A stretch of 64,000 nucleotides of DNA from Caulobacteraceae bacterium. GTDB lineage: Bacteria; Pseudomonadota; Alphaproteobacteria; Caulobacterales; Caulobacteraceae. Made by a program: the position numbers and the translations under genes. Positions 27,733 to 35,330 of this stretch are shown here, in pieces. The notes beneath the pieces are model-generated. The model ran no database searches and was not told the DNA's origin. It was given only the letters and a program-made list of their open reading frames with translations. The stretch is from positions 111 through 64,110 of the forward strand of contig DASYGN010000082.1 of assembly GCA_035999625.1 (NCBI GenBank). The letters are read 5' to 3'. Positions within the stretch are counted from its first letter, which is position 1, and each line of letters opens with the position of its first letter.

Positions 27733-29303
27733 CGGCGCGCCCGAAGGTTGGCCAGGCCGTGGGCGGCCCACGCCCTCAGCTCGGGCGAGAGGGCGGCGGT
27801 GAGGACCATGGTCGCCAGGCTGGTCAGCGCCAGGGCCACGAACGCCGCCGGCCTGGCCAGGGGCGGCAGGGGAATGAGCCGGCTGGCGGCCAGCAGGGCG
27901 GCGACGAAGCCGCCGCGGATCCACAGCGCGGCGTCGAGGCCGGCGCGCTCGGGGCGGCTCAGCCGCCGATCATGGATCACCGGCACCCAGATGATCAGAT
28001 AGGCGAGGTTGCCGGCCAGCCAGACCGCCCCGGTCCCGACCGCGCCCCAGGCGAACGCCGCCCACACCGCCAAGGGAATGCCGATCGCCGCCCAGACGCT
28101 GGTCCCGATCACGTGCAGGCGCACGCGCCCTTGGGCGTACTGCAACAGGTAGGGCACGAACAGGTAGGAGGCGATGGCCGAGCCGGCGGCGTAGAGGCAC
28201 AGCGCCGGGGCGAGCTCGACGGCCAGATCGGCGCGCCCGGTCCAGGCCCAGATCACCCACTCCGGCCGGGCGGCGATGACCCCGGCCAGACCCGCCGCCA
28301 GCGCCACGATGATCGCCGCCGCCAGGCGGTAGACGTGGACGAACGCCTCGCCGTGGCCCTGGGCGAGCAGGGTGGTGAGCCGGGGCTGGAAGACCTGGAC
28401 GAACGGCGGCACGATCATGGCGATGCCGCCGACGATGGAGACGATCAGCCCGAAGACGCCGAACTGTTCGAGGGCCAGGGTGTGCGAAAGGGTCAGCTTG
28501 TCGGCCTGATTGATGAGCACGCCCGCCGCCGCGGCCACGGTGAGGCCAAGGGCGAAACGGAACTCGCGGCGCAGCAGGCGCCAGCCGTTCGGCCACGCCC
28601 TGGCCCCGGCGTGCCTGGGCAGCACCGCGCTCAGCATCACCCGGCAGGCGATCGCCTCGGCCAGGGTGAACACCACCTGGACAACGAAGAACGCCACCGG
28701 CGAGGCCGATACCGTGACCAGGACGACCAGTCCCCCGCCATAGCGGCCGATGGCCCCGATCAGGGCGACGATATTGGTCCGGTTCTGCCGTTCCAGGCCC
28801 ACCAGAGCCGATTGATAGAGCGTCGTCAGCCAGCGCAGCACCAAAAGCGCGCCCATCAGGCGCAGCGAGCGATCGAGAACCTCGGGGGCCAGGCTCGATC
28901 CGCCCAGCCAGCGCGAGCCGATCCACGGCGCGCCGAAGACGAACACCAGGCCGGCGATCAGCCCGGCGGTGACGAACAGGCTCTCGGCGGCGCGCATCAG
29001 GCTGGCGGCTTCCTCGGCGGCCACCGCTCCGGCCCGGTAGCGGGAGAGCTGGCGGGCCAGGGTCGGCGAGACGCCCAGATCCATCAGCGCCATCCACGCC
29101 TGCAACACGAGGGAGAAGGTCACCAGCCCATAGCCCTGCGCGCCCAGCAGCTTGAGGAACAGCGGGACGGCGAGGAGGTTGATCAGGGCAATCAGGAAGT
29201 GGACGCTGAAGCCGACGCCGAGGGTGCCGCCGATGCCCCGCCGGTGGTCATTTGGCGCCCGCCCCCCGTCCAGGGCCAAGTCGAACTCCAGCAGTTCAGC
29301 CAA
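27729..29303 (-). CDS. MOP-superfamily polysaccharide flippase (Wzx-like)
   Basis: 524 aa, highly hydrophobic with many predicted TM helices. The N-terminal LINLLAVPLFLKLLGAQGYGLV is typical of Wzx/polysaccharide biosynthesis proteins. Confidence 0.8.
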   Translation of the reverse strand: MAELLEFDLALDGGRAPNDHRRGIGGTLGVGFSVHFLIALINLLAVPLFLKLLGAQGYGLVTFSLVLQAWMALMDLGVSPTLARQLSRYRAGAVAAEEAASLMRAAESLFVTAGLIAGLVFVFGAPWIGSRWLGGSSLAPEVLDRSLRLMGALLVLRWLTTLYQSALVGLERQNRTNIVALIGAIGRYGGGLVVLVTVSASPVAFFVVQVVFTLAEAIACRVMLSAVLPRHAGARAWPNGWRLLRREFRFALGLTVAAAAGVLINQADKLTLSHTLALEQFGVFGLIVSIVGGIAMIVPPFVQVFQPRLTTLLAQGHGEAFVHVYRLAAAIIVALAAGLAGVIAARPEWVIWAWTGRADLAVELAPALCLYAAGSAIASYLFVPYLLQYAQGRVRLHVIGTSVWAAIGIPLAVWAAFAWGAVGTGAVWLAGNLAYLIIWVPVIHDRRLSRPERAGLDAALWIRGGFVAALLAASRLIPLPPLARPAAFVALALTSLATMVLTAALSPELRAWAAHGLANLRARR

Positions 29304-30015
29304 CGGCTTTGAAACGCACGCCGCCTATGCGCGCCTCGCGACCGCCGAGGCTGGCGTCGGCGAGCGTCAGCTCGATGGCGCTGAGCGAGGTGCGCGGCTC
29401 ATCCCCAGCAACGAAGCGCAGCTCGCCGCGGTCCAGCGGCAGGCGCAAGGCATCGCTCGCGTCGAGCGGCCGATCCAGCAACGCCGAGAAGCGGCTGGCG
29501 AGGGCGGCCGGATCGGGCGAAGCGAGAACCGCCGCCTTCAGGCCGGTGACCTTTCCGGAGCCGGTGTCGCGCCAGCTCCGCCCGGCCGGCTGCCAATCGC
29601 CATAGGGGTCGAGGTGGTCGCGCACCGTGCGCTGCTGGTCGACCGAGCACAGGATGCCGCCGAAGTCCTTGGGGTGGAAGTGAGCGGCCCGATAGCTTGG
29701 CCGGTCTAGGTCGTCGACCACCCGCACGCCCATGGCCGCGATCCGCGCGCGCTCCCGCTCGGCGTCGCCCACCTGGAAGATCAGCATGTAGCCGGCATCG
29801 CCATGGCGAGCCAGGAAGCGGGCGGCGGTGACATCGTCGCGCACCGGGGTCAGGACCTCGATGAATTCCCCGCCTACCGGCAGCAGCGCATTGGCGAGGC
29901 CATAATGGATAATCGCCGGATCGCGATAGGCGATGCCAAGGCCGAAGGCGGTGTTCAACGCCTTCGCGGTCGATTCCAAGTCGCTCACCGCGAGCGCGAT
30001 CTGCCTCAGGCGCAT
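29296..30015 (-). CDS. VOC (glyoxalase/bleomycin-resistance/dioxygenase) family protein
   Basis: MRLRQIALAVSDLESTAKALNTAFGL...GGEFIEVLTP is a VOC beta-alpha-beta-beta-beta module start. The 3' end overlaps the flippase start by 8 nt. Confidence 0.7.
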   Translation of the reverse strand: MRLRQIALAVSDLESTAKALNTAFGLGIAYRDPAIIHYGLANALLPVGGEFIEVLTPVRDDVTAARFLARHGDAGYMLIFQVGDAERERARIAAMGVRVVDDLDRPSYRAAHFHPKDFGGILCSVDQQRTVRDHLDPYGDWQPAGRSWRDTGSGKVTGLKAAVLASPDPAALASRFSALLDRPLDASDALRLPLDRGELRFVAGDEPRTSLSAIELTLADASLGGREARIGGVRFKAVG

Positions 30016-30243
30016 GCCGGTCCTTCCGCTGATGGGGCCCAGAGCGCGGTCCGAAAAGTGGGCGCTGGTGTTTCGATAAGAACGCGCTCAACTCTCGAGT
30101 CACGAGCACGATTCAACGATCGGGCGGTTCGCTGATCGCATCGGGCTCTAAGCGAGCTTAGGCCGCGCCGGGCGGCGGACAAAGCGGTGGTTCTCGCGCG
30201 GTTGTGATTGAGCGTGGCCATGGCCGAGGGCTAGGCTCGGCGG

Positions 30244-31473
30244 GTGATGGTGAATCGCCGCGTGTTCGTCGCCCTCGCCGGCAGTGCGCTGGCCGGCGCC
30301 GCCAAGGGCCAGACGTATCTGGCGCCGAACCCGTTGTCGGCCAGCGAAGGCTATTTCGTCGACTGGCTGAACGGCTTCTTCGCCAAGGCCCTGGCGGCGG
30401 GCCTGCCGCACCCCTTGCTGGCCAGGGAGCTCTCCGGGCTGTCGCCCGATCCGCGGGTCAGCGTGCTCGACGCCCGTCAGCCGGAGTTCGCCCGCCCGGT
30501 CAGCGCCTATGTCAGCGGCTGCATCAGTCCCCAGCGGGTGGCCACCGGGCGCGCCAAGCGGACCGAGATCGCCGCCTTCCCGGAGATCGAGCGCGCCTGG
30601 GGCACGCCGCGCGATGTGCTGATCGCCCTGTGGGCGATGGAGTCGAACTTCGGGACCCATCAGGGGGACATGGACGTCGTCCGCTCCCTGGCCACCCTGG
30701 CGCAAGGGCGCCGCCGCGCCTGGGCCGAAGACCAGCTGATCGCCGCCCTGCGCATGATCGCCGGGGGGGCGGTGAGCCGACCGCGCCTTACCGGCTCGTG
30801 GGCCGGCGCCATGGGCCAGACTCAGATCCTGCCCAGCGTCTATCTGACCGACGGGGTTACCGCCGGCGGCGGCTCACAGCCGGATATCTGGGGATCGGCC
30901 CCCGACGCCCTGGCCACCGCCGCCCATCTGCTGGCCAAGATCGGCTGGCGGCGCGGCGAGGGCTGGGCGGTGGAGGCGATTCTGCCGCCAAGGTTCGATT
31001 ATGGTCTCAGCGAAGGGCCGCGCGAGCCCTTCTCCTGGTGGTCGGCCAAGGGGGTTCGACTGGCCCCGGGTTCCGCCTGGACGAGCGCCGATGCCGACGC
31101 GCCGGCGGTCATGCTGCTGCCGGCCGGGGCCGCCGGACCGGCCATCCTGGCGCTGCCCAACCACTTCGCCATCCGCGGCTACAACAACTCCATCGCCTAC
31201 GCCCTGGCGGTCGGGCTGCTGGCCGACCGCTTCGCCGGCGGCGCCGGCCTGCGCGCCGCCTGGCCGGTGGAGACGCCGCTCTCGCTCGACCAGCGCATGG
31301 CCGCGCAGAGCGCGCTCATCCGCCTGGGATACGATCCCGGTCCGCCCGATGGCATGATCGGCGCCGGCACCCGCCAGGCGCTGCGCGCCTGGCAGAAGCA
31401 GCAGGGCCTGCCGGCCGACGGCTATCTCTCGCCGCAGATGCTGGCCAGGCTCAGCGCCGCGACGCGGGCCTAG
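30244..31473 (+). CDS. Lytic murein transglycosylase (MltB family) with C-terminal peptidoglycan-binding domain
   Basis: ALWAMESNFG (catalytic Glu region), GAMGQTQILPSVY, and C-terminal LIRLGYDPGPPDGMIGAGTRQALRAWQKQQGLPADGYL (PG_binding_1). The N-terminal NRRVFVAL looks like a Tat-type signal. Confidence 0.85.
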   Translation: MMVNRRVFVALAGSALAGAAKGQTYLAPNPLSASEGYFVDWLNGFFAKALAAGLPHPLLARELSGLSPDPRVSVLDARQPEFARPVSAYVSGCISPQRVATGRAKRTEIAAFPEIERAWGTPRDVLIALWAMESNFGTHQGDMDVVRSLATLAQGRRRAWAEDQLIAALRMIAGGAVSRPRLTGSWAGAMGQTQILPSVYLTDGVTAGGGSQPDIWGSAPDALATAAHLLAKIGWRRGEGWAVEAILPPRFDYGLSEGPREPFSWWSAKGVRLAPGSAWTSADADAPAVMLLPAGAAGPAILALPNHFAIRGYNNSIAYALAVGLLADRFAGGAGLRAAWPVETPLSLDQRMAAQSALIRLGYDPGPPDGMIGAGTRQALRAWQKQQGLPADGYLSPQMLARLSAATRA

Positions 31474-32775
31474 CTAGACGCTCACTCCCTCGCGGTCGCG
31501 CTCGAGGCTGGCGAGCGCCGCTTCGTCCTCGGTCGCCGCGGCCGCCCCGGCCCTGGCCAGCACCTTATCGACGATGGCGTAGCCGACCAGAGCCGCCAGC
31601 AGCGCGGCGTTGACCACGAACGGGGCCGGATGCGAGGCGCCGTAGAGGATGACGAACAGCGGCGCGACCACGGCGTTGACCCCGTTGACCGCGGCGATGG
31701 CCCCGGCGGCCCTGGCCTGCTCGGCCTGGCTGACCGCCAGCGACGCGCCGGCGGTGAACCCGGGCCGGCAGAAGCCATAGCCGAGACTGGAGAGGGCGAA
31801 GCCGATCACCACCGCCTGATAACTATGGGCGAACGCGGTGATCAGGTTTCCCAGCGCAGCCACCGCCGCGCCCCAGCGCAAAAGGTCCCTCGGGCTCATC
31901 CGGAACATGCGGATCAGCCCCCACTGCGCCAGCAGTCCGGCCACCGCGCCAGCCATCATCGCCACGGCGGTGTAGCCCTGGGCCTGAAGCGGCGGCAGGC
32001 CGAGCTGGTCGATGACCACGAAGCCGAGGGTCTGGCCCTGGGCGGTCTGGCAGGCGGCGACCAGGAAGCCGTAGACGAGGAACGGAGTAAGACGCGGATC
32101 GGTGAGCAGCGGCCGGCCCTTGGGCCGCGGCAGGGCCGCCTCCAGGCTGACGGCGGCCTCGGCGCGGGTTTCCGGCAGCATCTTGGCGACCACCACCATC
32201 ATCGCCGCCGCCATCAGGGCGAAGGCGAACATCGGTCCGGCCAGGCCGACCACGGGCAGCACGAACAATGGCGCCACCGCCGGCCCGACGATGGTGCCAA
32301 GACCGAACGCGCCGGCCAGGCCGGCCATGGCCGAGGTGCGCTCCGCCCGCGCCGTGCGCTCGGCGATATAGGCCTGGGTGGCCGGATTGGAGGCGGCGCC
32401 GAAGAGGCCGAACAGGGCCCTGGCGAGGAGGAAGAGGACGAACACCATCAACGGCGCCATCAGATGGCGGACGCCGACGCCGACCACCGCGCCGCAGCAG
32501 ATCATCGACACCAGGAAGCCGAATAGCCCGACCAGCATCATCGGCTTGCGTCCGCCGATGTCCGAGCGCCGGGCCCAGAACGGCGAGCTGAACGCCCACA
32601 GGATCGCCGACAGGGAGAAGATCGCCGCCACCTGATAGTCGGGAAAGCCGATCGAGCGGCCGATGGCCGGCAACACCGACTGCATGCCGGTGTTGCCGAG
32701 CGCGGTGACGATCGACACCCCGAAGATGATCGCGAGCGAGCGCGTCGGCAGGCTGGGCGGCGATTCGGCGTCCAT
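31474..32775 (-). CDS. MFS transporter
   Basis: 12 predicted TM helices, with the RRSDIGGRKPMMLVG motif A between TM2 and TM3. Confidence 0.85.
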   Translation of the reverse strand: MDAESPPSLPTRSLAIIFGVSIVTALGNTGMQSVLPAIGRSIGFPDYQVAAIFSLSAILWAFSSPFWARRSDIGGRKPMMLVGLFGFLVSMICCGAVVGVGVRHLMAPLMVFVLFLLARALFGLFGAASNPATQAYIAERTARAERTSAMAGLAGAFGLGTIVGPAVAPLFVLPVVGLAGPMFAFALMAAAMMVVVAKMLPETRAEAAVSLEAALPRPKGRPLLTDPRLTPFLVYGFLVAACQTAQGQTLGFVVIDQLGLPPLQAQGYTAVAMMAGAVAGLLAQWGLIRMFRMSPRDLLRWGAAVAALGNLITAFAHSYQAVVIGFALSSLGYGFCRPGFTAGASLAVSQAEQARAAGAIAAVNGVNAVVAPLFVILYGASHPAPFVVNAALLAALVGYAIVDKVLARAGAAAATEDEAALASLERDREGVSV

Positions 32776-32964
32776 GGCGGCGAGGCGCAGTTAGCCAGCC
32801 TCGCCCGGAAGGCGCAAATGGCGGCGCGGGGGAAGGAAAATCGTCATCACGATCACGCTTCCGTGAACTCTTCCCTTGCGTTCGGCGACGAACGCGGCAT
32901 ATTGCGCCCGCAGCGTCAGTGTGTCCGCCGACGCCTATAACCTCATCCAAGGGGACCAGGGATC

Positions 32965-33204
32965 ATGACCTCTACTTTCGTTCGTTCGTTGCTCGTCGCC
33001 GGCGCCGCCGTCGGTGCGCTTTCGCTCGCCGCCTGCAATAAGCCCGCCGCTCCGGCGGAAAATGCGGCCGACGCCAGCGCCGCCGCCGCCAACACGGCTG
33101 ACAACGCCGCCGCCGCCGCCACGAACGCGGCCGCCACGGCTGACACCGCGGCCAACAGCGCCATGGGCGCTGCTTCCGACGCCACCAACACGTCGGGCCA
33201 GTAA
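32965..33204 (+). CDS. Small Ala/Asn/Thr-rich lipoprotein
   Basis: Signal peptide with lipobox LSLAAC, then a low-complexity Ala-rich tail. An intrinsic terminator follows directly. The antisense ORFs over the same span look like shadow ORFs. Confidence 0.55.
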   Translation: MTSTFVRSLLVAGAAVGALSLAACNKPAAPAENAADASAAAANTADNAAAAATNAAATADTAANSAMGAASDATNTSGQ

Positions 33205-33234
33205 GTTTCAGCGGAACATTACGTTCCAATGACG

Positions 33235-33267
33235 AAGGGCCGCCCACCAGGGCGGCCCTTTTTCTTT
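33235..33267 (+). terminator. Rho-independent terminator
   Basis: GC stem GGGCCGCC (33237-33244) pairs with GGCGGCCC (33251-33258) around a 6-nt loop, followed by TTTTTCTTT. Confidence 0.65.
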
Positions 33268-33273
33268 GCCTAG

Positions 33274-35058
33274 ATGATCGGCCCCCATCCGGTGGAGTGG
33301 CTCCTGGGCCAGCCGCCGCGCTCGGCGCTGTTCGGCGATGTCTTCCACTCGGCCGAGGGCGGCCTTGCCGAAGCCCGGCAGGTGTTTCTGGACGGCTGCG
33401 GCTTGCCCGAGGCCTGGTCTGGTCGCCAGCGCTACTGCATCGCCGAGCTCGGCTTTGGCGTCGGGCGCAACATGGCCGCGGCGCTCGATCTTTGGGCCCG
33501 CGCGGGACCGGCGGAGGGCCGACTCTGCCTGTTCAGCATCGAGGCCTTCCCGCTTTCGGCCAAGGATGCGGCCAGGGCCCTGGCCGCGTTTCCCGAACTG
33601 GCCGCGCCTGCCGCGGCTTTGCTGAGCCGCTGGCCGGGGCTGGCGCGTGGGTTCCATCGCCTCGATCTGCCGGCCTATCGCGCCACCCTTGATGTCGCGG
33701 TCATGGACGTGGGCGAGGCGCTCGCCGCCTGGAGCGGGCAGGCCGACGCCTGGTTCCTGGACGGCTTCGCCCCCAGGCTCAATCCAGACATGTGGCGCGC
33801 CCAGATTCTGGAGCAGGTGGCGGCGCATAGCGCGCCGGGGGCCCGCCTGGCGACCTACGCCGCCGCTGGCGAGGTCAGGCGAGGGCTGGTCCGGGCCGGC
33901 TTCGAAGTCACCCGCGCGCCGGGTTTCGCCGGCAAACGCGAGCAACTGCGCGGCCAGCTTGCCGGCGCATCGTCGGCCAGCAAGCCGGCGCCGCGGGTGG
34001 CGATCATCGGCGCCGGGATCGCCGGCGCGTCGCTGAAGCGCGCCTTCGACGCCCAGGGGGTGGGCGCGCGGGTGATCGACGCTGGCGCGCCATGCGCCTC
34101 GGCTGGACCGGCGGCGCTGGTCTCGCCGCGGCTCGATGCGGGCCTGGGGGCGGCGGCGGCGCTGCATGCTCAGGCCTTCGCGCGCGCCCGCCAACTCTAC
34201 GGCTCCGCCTTGAGCGGCGAGGCCGCCCTGCAGCTGGCGGTCGGACCCAAGGACGCGCGGCGGTTCGCGGTCATCGCCGGCGCCGAGCTGTTCGAGGCCG
34301 GGGCGATGGTCCTCCGGAGCGCATCGGAGGCCTCGCGCATGCTGGGCGAGCCGGCGCCGGCGGCGCTGGCCATCGCCGGGGCCGGCGTCATCGCTCCGGC
34401 TGAGATTCTGAGGTCATGGCTTGGGGGTGCGCGCACCTCGGCGGAGGTGGCGCGGATCGTTGCTGGCGAGGGATGCTGGCGCCTGGTGCGCGCTGACGGC
34501 TCGCCGATCGCCGAGGCCGAGATCGTGTGCGTCGCCGCCGCCATGGCCAGCACCGGGCTGGTAGGCGGGCTGCCTCTGAGCCCGGTGCGCGGTCAGGCGA
34601 GCTTCGCCCAAGGCCAGGGCGGCCTTGCCGGACCGGTGCTGTTCGGCGGCTACGCCGCCCCGGGCGCCGGAGGGATCCTGTTCGGCGCCACCCACGATCG
34701 CGGCCAAGTCTCGCTCGACGTGCGGCCAAAGGACCATGCGCGCAATCTCGCCGCGCTCGGCGCCGCCCTTCCGGAGCTGGCCATGCGCCTTGCCGCCGCG
34801 CGGATGGCCGCGCACGTGGGGGTGCGGGCGACGACGCCCGACTATCTCCCTCTGGCGGGCCCGGCGCCCGGCGCCGGACCGGGGCTGTTCGTCCTTACCG
34901 GATTGGGTTCGAGAGGATTCTCGCTCTCGCCGCTGCTGGCCGAGCACCTCGCCGCGCGGGCGCTGGGCGTCCCCTCGCCGTTGCCGGGGCCGCTGGCCGA
35001 GCTGGTCGATCCGGGGCGATTTGCCCGCCGCGCCGGTCGCCGCGAAGCTTCACTTTAA
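33274..35058 (+). CDS. mnmC: Bifunctional tRNA 5-methylaminomethyl-2-thiouridine biosynthesis protein (methyltransferase + FAD oxidoreductase)
   Basis: N-terminal FGDVFHSAEGGLAEARQVFLDGCGLPEAW...ELGFGVGRN (MnmC methyltransferase/DUF752 part). RVAIIGAGIAGAS then opens a DAO-type FAD domain. Confidence 0.85.
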   Translation: MIGPHPVEWLLGQPPRSALFGDVFHSAEGGLAEARQVFLDGCGLPEAWSGRQRYCIAELGFGVGRNMAAALDLWARAGPAEGRLCLFSIEAFPLSAKDAARALAAFPELAAPAAALLSRWPGLARGFHRLDLPAYRATLDVAVMDVGEALAAWSGQADAWFLDGFAPRLNPDMWRAQILEQVAAHSAPGARLATYAAAGEVRRGLVRAGFEVTRAPGFAGKREQLRGQLAGASSASKPAPRVAIIGAGIAGASLKRAFDAQGVGARVIDAGAPCASAGPAALVSPRLDAGLGAAAALHAQAFARARQLYGSALSGEAALQLAVGPKDARRFAVIAGAELFEAGAMVLRSASEASRMLGEPAPAALAIAGAGVIAPAEILRSWLGGARTSAEVARIVAGEGCWRLVRADGSPIAEAEIVCVAAAMASTGLVGGLPLSPVRGQASFAQGQGGLAGPVLFGGYAAPGAGGILFGATHDRGQVSLDVRPKDHARNLAALGAALPELAMRLAAARMAAHVGVRATTPDYLPLAGPAPGAGPGLFVLTGLGSRGFSLSPLLAEHLAARALGVPSPLPGPLAELVDPGRFARRAGRREASL

Positions 35059-35225
35059 GCATTCGAACGCAGTATTTACAGTTGAGCTTGTAGACCAAAA
35101 GGTTCCAAGCTTTGCTGATTTATCTGAACTTTTTTCTACACTTAAGCTTGCTCCCTCGGCGAATTAGTATATTACGACCGGCGCACCGTCTTTCGGTCGG
35201 GGATAGTAGGCGAAACGTTGACTAA

Positions 35226-35241
35226 CTCGCAACTTTGCGAG
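35226..35241. promoter_or_regulatory. Inverted repeat CTCGCAA-CT-TTGCGAG (candidate operator or RNA hairpin)
   Basis: Perfect 7-bp arms read directly from the sequence. It shares the CGCAA/TTGCG half-site with the repeat at 35278-35299. Confidence 0.3.
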
Positions 35242-35277
35242 TGCAAGGCAATCGTTCTCCGCCACTGATATGTAATC

Positions 35278-35299
35278 CGCGCAATCGCATGATTGCGCG
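35278..35299. promoter_or_regulatory. Inverted repeat CGCGCAATC-GCAT-GATTGCGCG (candidate operator or 5'-UTR hairpin)
   Basis: Perfect 9-bp arms with a 4-nt spacer, 32 nt upstream of the GTG start of the GH16 gene. Confidence 0.3.
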
Positions 35300-35330
35300 C
35301 TCACCCTACTAGTGTCGGGGAAGTATCACC

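Larger units (their letters stand above)
35059..35330 (+). promoter_or_regulatory. AT-rich intergenic leader/promoter region upstream of the GH16 gene
   Basis: Visibly A+T-rich relative to everything around it. It contains two perfect inverted repeats and a GGGGAAG Shine-Dalgarno (35317-35323) 7 nt before the GTG start. No ORF of credible length. Confidence 0.45.

Noticed and set aside
32943-33247. Minus-strand ORFs (82 and 91 aa) over the small lipoprotein gene
   Set aside because: They mirror the Ala-rich GCN repeats of the plus-strand gene. They lack a start context and a signal sequence, and they run through the plus-strand terminator. The plus-strand lipoprotein with lipobox and terminator explains the region better.
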